A stretch of DNA of 62,864 bases from a virus (IMGVR_UViG_2645728048_000034:1-62864); one strand, 5' to 3'; counted from the stretch's first letter, positions 10,604 through 19,843 are shown. The notes: generated by a model from the sequence alone, not told the origin. Numbers and translations are program-made.

Positions 10604-11365
10604 ATGGAGACTGTTTTTGACGCACTGAAAGCAATGGGAAAAGCCACATCCATAGAACTTGCTGCGCGACTTGATATCAGTCGTGAAGAAGTGCTGAACG
10701 AACTATGGGAACTGAAAAAGGCTGGTTTTGTTGATAAAAGCGCGTACACCTGGCGTGTGGCTGATAACAACGTTCAGCAGGAACAGCCAGCGCAGGCAGA
10801 ACTGCCGGAAGAAACCACCACAGCAACAGTAGCGAAAATCTCAGAGTGCGATTTAACCGCAACGATTGAACAACGCGGACCACAAACGGCTGATGAGCTG
10901 GCTACATTGTTTGGTACCACATCACGCCAAGTGGCTTCAACGCTGGCAATGGCAATCAGCAAAGGTCGTCTGATTCGCGTAAATCAGGGCGGTAAATTTC
11001 GTTACTGCATACCGGGCGATAATTTACCAGCAGAGCCGAAAGCAGCATCGGTAGCGGAAACTGATGGTAAACCCCTTCCTCAGCCAGCAGGTGTTGCGTT
11101 ACCAGTACAGGAAGCTGCTACACAGGAAGATATTAAAACAGAAACTGTAGCGGACATTGTGAAGTCGTTGCCATCGTTCACTGAAACGCAAGCGGATAAT
11201 CTGTTTTTACCATCGCTGCATATGGCAAATCGCGAACTGCGTCGGGCGAAAAATCATGTCCAGAAGTGGGAGCGTGTCTGCGCCGCGCTGCGGGAGCTGA
11301 ACAAACACCGGGATATTGTCCGACAGATTGTCGATTCATCCGGTCGTATTGTGTCGGAAAAGTGA
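10604..11365 (+). CDS. Hypothetical phage protein (DUF1627-like)
   Basis: Start at METVFDAL with ggagg RBS. Confidence 0.5.
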   Translation: METVFDALKAMGKATSIELAARLDISREEVLNELWELKKAGFVDKSAYTWRVADNNVQQEQPAQAELPEETTTATVAKISECDLTATIEQRGPQTADELATLFGTTSRQVASTLAMAISKGRLIRVNQGGKFRYCIPGDNLPAEPKAASVAETDGKPLPQPAGVALPVQEAATQEDIKTETVADIVKSLPSFTETQADNLFLPSLHMANRELRRAKNHVQKWERVCAALRELNKHRDIVRQIVDSSGRIVSEK

Positions 11366-11380
11366 TTGTCGGAGGCGCTT

Positions 11381-11803
11381 ATGGCAAAAGTATTTACACA
11401 AGAAGAGCGGGAAAAAATTAAGGGGCAGGTTGTTGAACTCGTGCGCCAGAGCGGACGCGAGACGTTACGGCAACTGGAAGCCAAGACAGGTGCGACAAGA
11501 TATCTGATGAGTGCTCTTGCCAGAGAGCTGGTTGCCAGTGGCGATGTATACAACTCTGGTTACGGGTTATTCCCGTCTGAACAGGCGCGTAAGGACTGGC
11601 AAAACGCCCGCAAAAAACTCTCAAGGGCAAATCTGAAGAAACCATCTGTGGTTGATCCTGACCTTATCTGGCCATTACCAGACGGAGAAATACGCCGCTA
11701 CGACAGGCGTCAAAACATAATCTGTAGCGAGTGCCGGAAGAGCGAAGCTATGCAGCGTGTACTGGCTTTCTATCAGGGTAATTTTCAGAAGGTGCTGTTG
11801 TGA
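11381..11803 (+). CDS. Hypothetical phage protein
   Basis: ORF with ggagg RBS before MAKVFTQEE. Confidence 0.45.
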   Translation: MAKVFTQEEREKIKGQVVELVRQSGRETLRQLEAKTGATRYLMSALARELVASGDVYNSGYGLFPSEQARKDWQNARKKLSRANLKKPSVVDPDLIWPLPDGEIRRYDRRQNIICSECRKSEAMQRVLAFYQGNFQKVLL

Positions 11804-11850
11804 GCCAAATTAACAATCGGAACTTCGTGAAGAGAAAGCATAATCCAAAT

Positions 11851-11908
11851 CTGAATAATTAAGTTCAGCACTGTAAATAAAATTTAATCCTTAACTGGAG
11901 GTATATCT
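11851..11908 (+). repeat. Direct repeat copy 1 (ctgaataattaa...aatttaatccttaacYggagg), about 58 bp
   Basis: About 85% identical to copy at 13118-13172; followed 220 bp later by hairpin gccgcccgaaagggcgg. Confidence 0.6.
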
Positions 11909-12121
11909 ATGTCAAATACACAGAAAATTATTAACACTGAAAAATATAACGAGTGGGTGAAAAAATTCTCTGAGCAGATTTTTAAAATTACTGGCGACGA
12001 GAATGTGGCAAAAAATGAATTGGAACCGTGGACACCTGAAGGAAACGCACCAAATTATTGCTGGTGGGAGGTTGATCCGGTTGATGCTGCAAATGAAGCC
12101 ATGAGTTACCACAACGATTAA
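11909..12121 (+). CDS. Hypothetical small protein
   Basis: 70-aa ORF right after repeat copy 1 with ggagg RBS; followed by hairpin. Confidence 0.45.
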   Translation: MSNTQKIINTEKYNEWVKKFSEQIFKITGDENVAKNELEPWTPEGNAPNYCWWEVDPVDAANEAMSYHND

Positions 12122-12153
12122 TGTCGGGAGGCCGCCCGAAAGGGCGGTAAGAA

Positions 12154-12372
12154 ATGACTACATTATTCAGAAAAGAATATCCGCAAAAAAGTAGGGCGAC
12201 AGAATTTTTGTTTCTCATTCTGTTTATCGTATTGATGATACCGATATCCCCTCTAATTTTTGTCTGGGCAATCGGGAAAATAATTGAGCCAGTTACTGAA
12301 TTGTATAACGACGTGGTATGGGCGTCATTCAACACACTGCACAATAAAATTAATCCGTATAAGGAAAACTGA
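12154..12372 (+). CDS. Small membrane protein (1 TM)
   Basis: 72 aa; hydrophobic segment FLFLILFIVLMIPISPLIFVWAIG. Confidence 0.4.
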   Translation: MTTLFRKEYPQKSRATEFLFLILFIVLMIPISPLIFVWAIGKIIEPVTELYNDVVWASFNTLHNKINPYKEN

Positions 12373-12373
12373 T

Positions 12374-12637
12374 ATGGCAACTTTGACAAAAAAAGAACGG
12401 GCATGGTTGAACGAATTACAGGAAGTTCTTGATCGCTGTCCATCACCGAAAAAAATTGGCTTTTACACCATTGGCGATAAAAGCATTTACCTGTATGACC
12501 TACGCCGCATGGATGAAATCATGGAGGCTCTTGATAATCGTTCGTCGATGGATTGGTGTGTTGCTGTTCATGATATGAATGCAGGGTTTGATGAAAAGAT
12601 TTTGTTCCCCTCATCAGTTGAAAGCACTGCGGGTTAA
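12374..12637 (+). CDS. Hypothetical protein
   Basis: Internal start MATLTKKERAWLNEL one nt after previous stop. Confidence 0.45.
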   Translation: MATLTKKERAWLNELQEVLDRCPSPKKIGFYTIGDKSIYLYDLRRMDEIMEALDNRSSMDWCVAVHDMNAGFDEKILFPSSVESTAG

Positions 12638-12768
12638 GGAGTAACACATGACCACTATTACCAAAGAACGTATTGAATTGTTCATTAAATTTTCAGGAGG
12701 CGGTACTGTGAGTGAAATTAGCTATCAGGCTTCAATTACCGCTGGCATTCGCATCAAAGGAGAGGAGC

Positions 12769-13125
12769 ATGGAAATAAAACCAGAGGATGAGTTAAGCAA
12801 TATCGTTTTATTTCCGGTAAAAGAGGATGACCCTCGTAATCAGGTTAATTTTCTTTATGAGCCATCGGAAAGACCATATTGTCATCACGCCTCTGTCCGG
12901 GTTGACGAAAAAGAGCGTCAGGTCCGCTGTAAAATCTGCGGTGCAGTTGTGGAACCATTTGACTGGATGCTCTCTGTGGCGAAAAGAGAAACCAGACTGG
13001 CAGATGATGTAAGGCTCTTGCGTCAGGAGGAGCGGGAAAGGCGAAAAAATATAGAAAAGCTAATTCAGATTGAGCGTAACGCGAAAGCGCGGATACGCAG
13101 GGCGACAAAATCCAGAACTGAATAA
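12769..13125 (+). CDS. Hypothetical zinc-ribbon protein
   Basis: Start MEIKPEDEL after aggagaggag RBS; CHH...CKICG motif; basic C-terminus. Confidence 0.45.
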   Translation: MEIKPEDELSNIVLFPVKEDDPRNQVNFLYEPSERPYCHHASVRVDEKERQVRCKICGAVVEPFDWMLSVAKRETRLADDVRLLRQEERERRKNIEKLIQIERNAKARIRRATKSRTE

Positions 13126-13172
13126 TTAAATTTAGCTCTGTTAAAAATTTAATCCTTAACCGGAGGGATTTC
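13118..13172 (+). repeat. Direct repeat copy 2; associated ORF absent
   Basis: Matches 11851-11908; followed at about 13193 by hairpin gccgcccgaaagggcggc. Confidence 0.6.
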
Positions 13173-13521
13173 TGCACCCTTAGAACATCAGGAAGCCGCC
13201 CGAAAGGGCGGCGGTTCCATTGTTTAACTATCTAATATTGTGCTAAATCTTTTTATAACCATCAAGAATGTTACTACGGTAAAAAAGAAGGATGAGTATG
13301 CTAAATAACTGATTATGTAAGCAGGGGTTGCGAAATACCATTTTTTTAATTCACTTGGGGGTTCTGGGAGAAAATATATTGCAACCGAAAAAATAACTAA
13401 CGCTACAGATGTTAATATGGCATAAGAAACATTGTGACATAATTGCTCATATACGGTTTTATTATTATTTAAAATTATTAGATTTGAACGTGGTTTGTTG
13501 TTTTCCTCAATGTCTGAAATT

Positions 13522-13779
13522 TTAAATACAGTTTTTTTGTTTTTGATCGTAGATCATAATAACCGCGCTCATTAATAGTGCGGTAGTAATTGCTCCAAAG
13601 TTAACAAAAACAGATGCGATAGAGGTTTTCATTATCCCATAGGTAAAACATATGATTAATGATAATGTAAGAGGAATGATGAAGTGTATTGCGATGTCTT
13701 CGAGTAAAATATTTCCGCGTTGATCCGACATTGTTGTGTAATGTTTTTTTATTACACTCATTACGTTAATCTTGTTCAT
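13522..13779 (-). CDS. Small 2-TM membrane protein, second gene of AT-rich cassette
   Basis: 85 aa; two hydrophobic helices; start overlaps upstream gene stop by 4 nt; AT-rich. Confidence 0.55.
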   Translation of the reverse strand: MNKINVMSVIKKHYTTMSDQRGNILLEDIAIHFIIPLTLSLIICFTYGIMKTSIASVFVNFGAITTALLMSAVIMIYDQKQKNCI

Positions 13780-14708
13780 ATTTTTACTCCCCCATTACCA
13801 CTATGTAACTCACTTAGTATATCATTCGCAATGATTTTAACAGTGTCATGAAGTGCTTTAAGATCGGGGATTCCTGTAGATGCGTTTATGTTTAAGTCGT
13901 TATCATCTAATTCGGCAGAAATTCCTTTTCTTAAGATGGTGTCGTAATTAAAAATGACTGTTCTATTGCCTAATTGTAAACTAACTTTTATTGCGTCACA
14001 CTTATCTTCAATTATTTCTATTATATTTCCTAGTTTTTTGTCTTTTAAGTCTTTAAAACTACCAAATACGCCTTGATTTGCTTTTATTACCAAATCAGTT
14101 TTGATGTTTGTTTTGTTATTTCCGAATGAATCCGTGATGTCCTTTGGTGCTTTGTAACCTTGGGCTTTTATTTGTTTTAATTCTGAATCAAGGATGTGTT
14201 GGGGAATTTTTTTGTGGCAAAGGGGATTGATTCTCGCTTCAAGTTTATATTTTGTTTTCAAGTGGTCTAGTAATGCATCAGAGAGTGTGCTGCGAGCAGA
14301 AATATTGTCATTAGCGTGAAATGCTATAATCCCTTCTTCTAAATTGTCTGGCAAAAATATTAAAATGTAACGCTGTTTGAGAGTTACATCGTTGATAGTT
14401 GTTGTATAACGTATTTTAGTAAGTTTATCGTCTTTTATTTCACTGCTCTCACCATATTTCCCAACCTTTACATATCCATATATTACTTGGTTTTGAGCAT
14501 CAAAGGTGAGTGATGTGTGTTGTTCAAGAGAAACCTTTGTTTTCGAGAGACCAAATTCAATAGGTGTGTTTTTATAGCTATTAAAATACTCAACAAATAA
14601 TTCATATGCTGTTTTTTTATCGCTTAAACCTAGGTTGTTTAGTCTTTTGCTGGTTCGGCTGCCCTTGTGGGTTAACACACGGAATGAATAGAAGTTAACG
14701 CTGTGCAT
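13776..14708 (-). CDS. Hypothetical 310-aa protein, first gene of AT-rich cassette
   Basis: Long ORF in AT-rich island, opposite strand to flanking phage genes; no family recognised. Confidence 0.6.
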   Translation of the reverse strand: MHSVNFYSFRVLTHKGSRTSKRLNNLGLSDKKTAYELFVEYFNSYKNTPIEFGLSKTKVSLEQHTSLTFDAQNQVIYGYVKVGKYGESSEIKDDKLTKIRYTTTINDVTLKQRYILIFLPDNLEEGIIAFHANDNISARSTLSDALLDHLKTKYKLEARINPLCHKKIPQHILDSELKQIKAQGYKAPKDITDSFGNNKTNIKTDLVIKANQGVFGSFKDLKDKKLGNIIEIIEDKCDAIKVSLQLGNRTVIFNYDTILRKGISAELDDNDLNINASTGIPDLKALHDTVKIIANDILSELHSGNGGVKI

Positions 14709-15055
14709 GAAAAGTCCTTTTGAACATATAGGAATATATTAGAGCATGTATGTGTGCAATGCATAAAAGGAAAAGCTACCGCAAGGCGACTCCACCCACA
14801 GATAGCTCTTAACTGATTGTTTGTAAAAAATAATACATTAATTATCTTCTGTGTAAAGAGGGAAACAGCCTTAGGGTAAGGGACACGAGTTGGAGGAGGA
14901 TTGGTGAAATTTGCGTTGAGGATAAAACGATTTGCGGGAAAAGGATAGTTAAGTAGAATAGCTGCGGGTGCTTGAGGCTGTCTGCCTCGGGCATGAACAC
15001 CAACGGCAGATAGATAAAAGCCCCACCCGACTATAAATCGAAGTGAGGCCCCTAT

Positions 15056-15268
15056 ATGCTCGTCACATATAGATTGCCTCTTACGGACCGAAAGGTCAAG
15101 GAGAAGCAGGCTATGAAGCAGCAAAAGGCGATGTTAGTCGCCCTGATCGTCATCTGTTTAACCGTCATAGTGACGGCACTGGTAACGAGGAAAGACCTCT
15201 GCGAGGTACGAATCCGAACCGGCCAGACGGAGGTCGCTGTCTTCACAGCTTACGAACCTGAGGAGTAA
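15056..15268 (+). CDS. mok-like overlapping reading frame of hok locus
   Basis: 70-aa frame starting 57 nt upstream of and in frame with hok. Confidence 0.3.
   Translation: MLVTYRLPLTDRKVKEKQAMKQQKAMLVALIVICLTVIVTALVTRKDLCEVRIRTGQTEVAVFTAYEPEE
15113..15268 (+). CDS. hokD: Hok/Gef-family type I toxin (HokD/RelF-like)
   Basis: MKQQKAMLVALIVICLTVIVTALVTRKDLCEVRIRTGQTEVAVFTAYEPEE; RBS aggaga. Confidence 0.85.
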   Translation: MKQQKAMLVALIVICLTVIVTALVTRKDLCEVRIRTGQTEVAVFTAYEPEE

Positions 15269-15334
15269 GAGACCTGGCGGGGGAGAAATCTCCCGCCACC
15301 TCTGATGTGTCAGGCATCCTCAACGCACCCGCAC

Positions 15335-15392
15335 TTAACCCGCTTCAGCGCTGATTTATGGGGATCCCTCAGCGTTTCGGCGGGTTTTTTGT
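15335..15392 (+). terminator. Structured 3' region and terminator of hok mRNA
   Basis: Extended dyad ccgcttcagcgctga...tcagcgtttcggcgg followed by T-run. Confidence 0.45.
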
Positions 15393-15575
15393 TGCGCGCT
15401 GAATGCGCAGGGTGAAAAATAACCATATATTTGATTATATACACAACATAAAATAAAAGTCATTGCACCTGCACATTAAATAATCAAATATACGGCGTGA
15501 AATAAATATTTTTCAGATTAATATTTTTGTCTCTATGTAGATATAACCGTTTGTACTTATAAACCTGGAGGCATC

Positions 15576-15788
15576 GTGGAAAAAATAAAGAAACTATTTA
15601 GTAGCAAATACGCAGTCATACGTCGTGATGACCTGTCAGTTATAGTCGAAATGGATTACTTCCCTGAAACCCCAAAATCAATGATGTATCGTAATGGTCG
15701 AAAGGCAATTTTTTTACCGATGAGGGTAAGTGACATTATGGGAAATGATAAACTGCTGGATGAATTGCGAGTCAGAGCATCCTGTTAG
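15576..15788 (+). CDS. Hypothetical protein
   Basis: 70-aa ORF with ctggagg RBS after AT-rich leader. Confidence 0.4.
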   Translation: MEKIKKLFSSKYAVIRRDDLSVIVEMDYFPETPKSMMYRNGRKAIFLPMRVSDIMGNDKLLDELRVRASC

Positions 15789-15859
15789 TATTGGCATTAA
15801 TTCTGGTATACTACATAACGGGCTGAACACCCATTCTACTGCGCCAGCGGAGAACTACG

Positions 15860-16459
15860 ATGGCGCATATACAACTGGTCAAACAAACCTCTTCTGGATT
15901 ACTTCTCCCGGCGACGCCGGAGAGTTGCGATTTTTTGCATCAAATCAAAATAGGTGAGTGGATACACGCGGACTTTAAGCGAGTGCGTAACTACGCGTTC
16001 CACAAGCGTTTTTTCAAACTCCTGCAACTGGGATTCGATTACTGGACTCCGAACGGTGGGGCGATCACGCCTCGCGAACGAGAACTGGTGTCCGGTTTCG
16101 TTGATTTCCTGTGCGAATCAGTAGGTCGGGAACATACGCCAGCCCTGAGTGATGCCGCAGAGCAATACCTTAACACCGTTGCGACTTGCAGAACCCGGGA
16201 TACGGCCTTACTCAAGTCATTTGACGCTTTTCGCGAATGGGTAACCATTCAGGCCGGATTTTACACCGAGCATATTTATCCTGATGGTAGTCGTGGGCGC
16301 AGGGCAAAATCTATCGCATTTGCGAACATGGACGAAACCGAGTTTCAGCAGGTTTATAAATCTGTACTGAATGTGCTGTGGAACTGGATCCTGTTCCGTA
16401 AATTTTCCTCTCCGGAGGAAGTCGAAAATGTGGCCGCGCAGTTACTGGAGTTTGCGTAA
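15860..16459 (+). CDS. Lambdoid nin-region protein (DUF1367-like)
   Basis: 199 aa; position before YbcO-like and Q genes. Confidence 0.5.
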   Translation: MAHIQLVKQTSSGLLLPATPESCDFLHQIKIGEWIHADFKRVRNYAFHKRFFKLLQLGFDYWTPNGGAITPRERELVSGFVDFLCESVGREHTPALSDAAEQYLNTVATCRTRDTALLKSFDAFREWVTIQAGFYTEHIYPDGSRGRRAKSIAFANMDETEFQQVYKSVLNVLWNWILFRKFSSPEEVENVAAQLLEFA

Positions 16460-16749
16460 TGGTGGATTTACGTAAAGCGGCGCGGGGGCAGATGTGCACC
16501 GTCAGAATTCCTGGCTACTGCAATCACAATCCCGAAACTTCTGTGCTGGCGCATTACAGGCTGGCGGGGACGTGCGGAACAGCGACAAAACCACACGATA
16601 TGCAGGCAGCGATTGCCTGTAGCTCATGCCACGATTTAATCGACGGGCGGGTAAAAAACAGCGATTACACCAAAGAAGAATTACGCCTGATGCATGCAGA
16701 AGGTGTTTTTCGCACACAAGAAATCTGGAGAAAGGAAGGTTATTTATGA
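16459..16749 (+). CDS. YbcO-like putative nuclease (DUF1364), Cys-rich
   Basis: 96 aa with CxxxxC...C...CSSC; start overlaps previous stop. Confidence 0.5.
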   Translation: MVDLRKAARGQMCTVRIPGYCNHNPETSVLAHYRLAGTCGTATKPHDMQAAIACSSCHDLIDGRVKNSDYTKEELRLMHAEGVFRTQEIWRKEGYL

Positions 16750-17300
16750 TTTACCCAACAAATACAGGCAAAAGCGGGGAACACCTTCGTCTCACCACGC
16801 TGGAAAGTGTCTGGATTCAGGGAAAACTGCGCATGTGGGGGCGCTGGTCGTATATTGGCGGCGGTAAGACGGGAAATATGTTTAACCAGTTGCTGGCATC
16901 CAAAAAATTGACGAAAACAGCCGTCAATGAAGCCCTGCGCAGGATGAAAAAAGCGGGAATAGAGAAACCTGAGCTGGAAGCGTTTTTGCGAGAGATGATC
17001 AATGGCAAGCAAAAGACCTGGCTGGCGCATTGTACTGATGCAGAGGCGTTATGTATTGATAGAGTCATAAGTGAGGTGCTAGCAGAGCATCCTGGATTGA
17101 TTAGTGTCCTCCGGCAACGGTATGAAGGACGGGGGATGACTAAGCGCAAAATGGCTGAATTGCTAAATGATGCACACCCTGAGTGGTGTTTTCGGACGTG
17201 CTGCAGTCGGGTAGATGTATGGCTAAATCTTGCTGAATATATGCTCTATCTGCCGATGCGTGATGCATTCTCTTCCGGGTATTTAAAAACTGTCTGTTGA
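16746..17300 (+). CDS. Late-gene antiterminator Q-like protein
   Basis: 184 aa from internal Met; lies just upstream of late promoter/terminator and lysis genes. Confidence 0.5.
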   Translation: MIYPTNTGKSGEHLRLTTLESVWIQGKLRMWGRWSYIGGGKTGNMFNQLLASKKLTKTAVNEALRRMKKAGIEKPELEAFLREMINGKQKTWLAHCTDAEALCIDRVISEVLAEHPGLISVLRQRYEGRGMTKRKMAELLNDAHPEWCFRTCCSRVDVWLNLAEYMLYLPMRDAFSSGYLKTVC

Positions 17301-17325
17301 CTCAATCTGTTATCCGGGGCTATAT
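17297..17325 (+). promoter_or_regulatory. Candidate late promoter (PR'-like)
   Basis: TTGACT, 17-nt spacer, CTATAT just after Q stop. Confidence 0.35.
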
Positions 17326-17387
17326 TCCTCACGCGCCAGCAAAATCTGGCGTCGGGATTAGGAACCCCGGATAGAGACCGCGACAGA

Positions 17388-17412
17388 CACACGCCGCGAG
17401 CGTGTTTTTTAT
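17388..17412 (+). terminator. tR'-like intrinsic terminator downstream of late promoter
   Basis: cacacgc-cgcga-gcgtgt stem-loop plus tttttatt. Confidence 0.5.
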
Positions 17413-17573
17413 TGTCGTATGCACGCGCACATCTGAATTATGGTGGGGCGTATGGGGGAGCTGAAAAGCTCGCCGGTTGGTTTCCCGGTAGTTCCTAACC
17501 CTGTACGTCTCACCACCCGATGATTAGGAACCTGACGGTGGTGATGGTTTAGAAACCACCAGAGGGCGTCATT

Positions 17574-18155
17574 ATGACAACTCAAATTTCTGTTGAAACT
17601 CTCTCCCCGATCACCCATAACCAGATTCCTGTTATTACCACCGAACTTTTGGCGCAGTTGTACGGTGCTGAAGTTAAGAACATTCAAAATAACTACGCCA
17701 GAAATGCTGAGCGCTTTATTGAAGGAAAGCATTTTTTCAAAGTGGCTGGTGATGCCCTGAAAAATTTGCGGGTAGCTTTAAACTACTCACAAAATTTGCA
17801 ACCATCTTTAAGAGGGTTACAAATTTCCCCGAAAGCCCGCTCCCTCATCCTCTGGACAGAACGCGGAGCAGCCCGTCATGCCAAAATGCTCGAAACCGAT
17901 CAGGCGTGGGATGTGTTCGAAAAGCTGGAAGACTGCTATTTCAGACAAAAGGATCCGTCAGCGCCAGTTTCATGCCAGAAAAGTTACGACACGCGAGTTC
18001 TCTGTTATCAGCGAGGCGGTGTCACTGTTTCCACAATTCAGTTGCGGGATGATGATATTGTTATTTCCCTTGAGTCATGGCTGGAACTGGCGAGAGCCAA
18101 TGGTTGGTTTGTTGTTCGCAGAGATAAACTGGTGGAAAGGTTGATGCAGCTTTAA
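17574..18155 (+). CDS. ORF6N-domain protein (antirepressor-like)
   Basis: N-terminal YGAEVKNIQNNYARNAERFIEGKHFF resembles ORF6N/Bro-N signature; gggcgtcattATG RBS. Confidence 0.55.
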   Translation: MTTQISVETLSPITHNQIPVITTELLAQLYGAEVKNIQNNYARNAERFIEGKHFFKVAGDALKNLRVALNYSQNLQPSLRGLQISPKARSLILWTERGAARHAKMLETDQAWDVFEKLEDCYFRQKDPSAPVSCQKSYDTRVLCYQRGGVTVSTIQLRDDDIVISLESWLELARANGWFVVRRDKLVERLMQL

Positions 18156-18251
18156 AAAAGTTCTTGCATTTTTGCACATAAACTGCTTCAATTCCGGTAC
18201 GCTTCGCAAAGCTGTATCGCGAGGCGAATCAAGCGCATGAACTTTACCAGA

Positions 18252-18279
18252 ACCCGCCATTGAGCGGGTTTTGTTGTTT
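18252..18279 (+). terminator. Rho-independent terminator
   Basis: aacccgc-cattga-gcgggtt plus ttgttgttt. Confidence 0.6.
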
Positions 18280-18651
18280 CTGACGGATAGAAAAATGAAA
18301 TAGCTAAATAAAAAGAATGCATTGGATGCCATATATTGGCAACGTGACGACAGCGTTAATCTGGTCGGGCTCCCATGGCGACGTAGTGAGGGAGAGGAAG
18401 CGTAAAGCATCACTGAGTTACGGTTGGCACCCGGTTTAACGCGTAAGTAGCCTGATAAAGAGATAGTGCACCGCAGCACTAACAGCGGCAACGATTAACT
18501 GACCTCGGCATTTGCCGGGGTTTTTTTATTTAAGGCCGCAGACAGGCCCATTTAGTGCAACGCTTTTCCCCGTTTCCGCTCCTGGAATATTCGGGGATTT
18601 TTTATTCCCTCAATTTGCACCCGCGATATGTGCGAGGTGAGAGATGATGAA

Positions 18652-18987
18652 ATGCCTCATAACCCAAATACCTGGCCGGACTGGCTGGAGTTGTTTCAGA
18701 GCTGGTGGCGTGGAGACACACCGCTGGGTGCAGTGATTATGTCGATCGTTATGGCTGGTTTGCGCATCGCCTATTTTGGCGGTGGTGGGGGCTGGAAACG
18801 AAAAACGCTTGAGATTTTGCTCTGTGGTGCCCTGACGCTGACCTTTGCATCCGCGCTTGAGTATGTCGGATGGCCTAAATCACTTTCTGTTGCCATTGGT
18901 GGTGGGGTGGGGCTGATTGGTGTCGATGCTATTCGTGGTGCGGCAATGAGGGTCATCGGTAACAAGTTCGGTGTCCATAAGGAGTAA
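18652..18987 (+). CDS. Holin
   Basis: About 111 aa with TM segments; directly precedes endolysin. Confidence 0.6.
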   Translation: MPHNPNTWPDWLELFQSWWRGDTPLGAVIMSIVMAGLRIAYFGGGGGWKRKTLEILLCGALTLTFASALEYVGWPKSLSVAIGGGVGLIGVDAIRGAAMRVIGNKFGVHKE

Positions 18988-18990
18988 TTA

Positions 18991-19467
18991 ATGCAGACAC
19001 TTAATTCCCAGCGTAAAGCTTTCCTTGATATGGTGGCATGGTCAGAAGGAACAGATAACGGACGGCAGAAAACCAGAAATCACGGTTATGATGTTATTGT
19101 CGGTGGCGAACTGTTCACTGATTACTCCGATCACCCCCGCAAACTTGTCACGCTAAATCCGAAACTCAAATCAACAGCCGCCGGACGTTACCAGCTTCTT
19201 TCTCGCTGGTGGGATGCCTACCGCAAGCAACTTGGCCTGAAAGATTATTCCCCAGAAAGTCAGGATGCTGTAGCGCTGCAGCAGATTAAAGAGCGTGGCG
19301 CTTTACCGATGATTGACCGTGGCGATATTCGTCAGGCAATCGACCGTTGCAGCAATATCTGGGCGTCGTTACCTGGTGCAGGTTACGGTCAGTATGAACA
19401 TAGAATCGGTGACCTGATTTCCCGATTTAAAGAAGCTGGTGGGGTGGTAAATGAAGCTGAGATATAA
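18991..19467 (+). CDS. Endolysin, lambda R-type lysozyme
   Basis: 158 aa; WSEGTD...GYDVIVGG...AAGRYQ motifs of lambda lysozyme family. Confidence 0.85.
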   Translation: MQTLNSQRKAFLDMVAWSEGTDNGRQKTRNHGYDVIVGGELFTDYSDHPRKLVTLNPKLKSTAAGRYQLLSRWWDAYRKQLGLKDYSPESQDAVALQQIKERGALPMIDRGDIRQAIDRCSNIWASLPGAGYGQYEHRIGDLISRFKEAGGVVNEAEI

Positions 19468-19843
19468 GCTGGTTATTGTTGCCTTCTTTGTTACCGTCAT
19501 CGGTTCTTTTATCTGGTATGCCGGGCATTACTACAGCAAATATCAGTACGAAAAGGAGCGTGCTGATGAGGCTGTACGAAATGCTGAATCTGCAACAGCC
19601 ATTACCAGTAACGTCCTGCAATCACTGCAAATCATCAATACAGTTATAGAGGCTAACCAGCATGCAAAACAGCAGATCGCACTGGAGTCACAGAGAACCC
19701 AGGAAGATATCAAAGTGGCTGTTGCGGATGATGATTGCGCTGTTCGTATCGTTCCTTCTGGCGCAGTTAAGCGGTTGCACGAATACGCGAACGGTATACG
19801 TGTCGGTGCCGGTCGTTCCGTTACCAGCCAGTCTGACGGATGA
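19451..19843 (+). CDS. i-spanin (Rz-like)
   Basis: N-terminal TM helix then coiled-coil-like region; overlaps endolysin stop. Confidence 0.6.
   Translation: MKLRYKLVIVAFFVTVIGSFIWYAGHYYSKYQYEKERADEAVRNAESATAITSNVLQSLQIINTVIEANQHAKQQIALESQRTQEDIKVAVADDDCAVRIVPSGAVKRLHEYANGIRVGAGRSVTSQSDG

Noticed and set aside
13776-14708. Lit-like zinc protease (e14) as identity of the 310-aa cassette protein
   Set aside because: No HExxH motif anywhere in the protein.
15730-15957. 75-aa ORF overlapping two better ORFs
   Set aside because: No RBS; overlaps the 3' end of 15576-15788 and the 5' end of 15860-16459; likely spurious.
18300-18540. Possible tRNA gene between Q region and lysis genes
   Set aside because: No T-loop (GTTCRA) or CCA-end cloverleaf pattern found by eye; needs tRNAscan to be sure.
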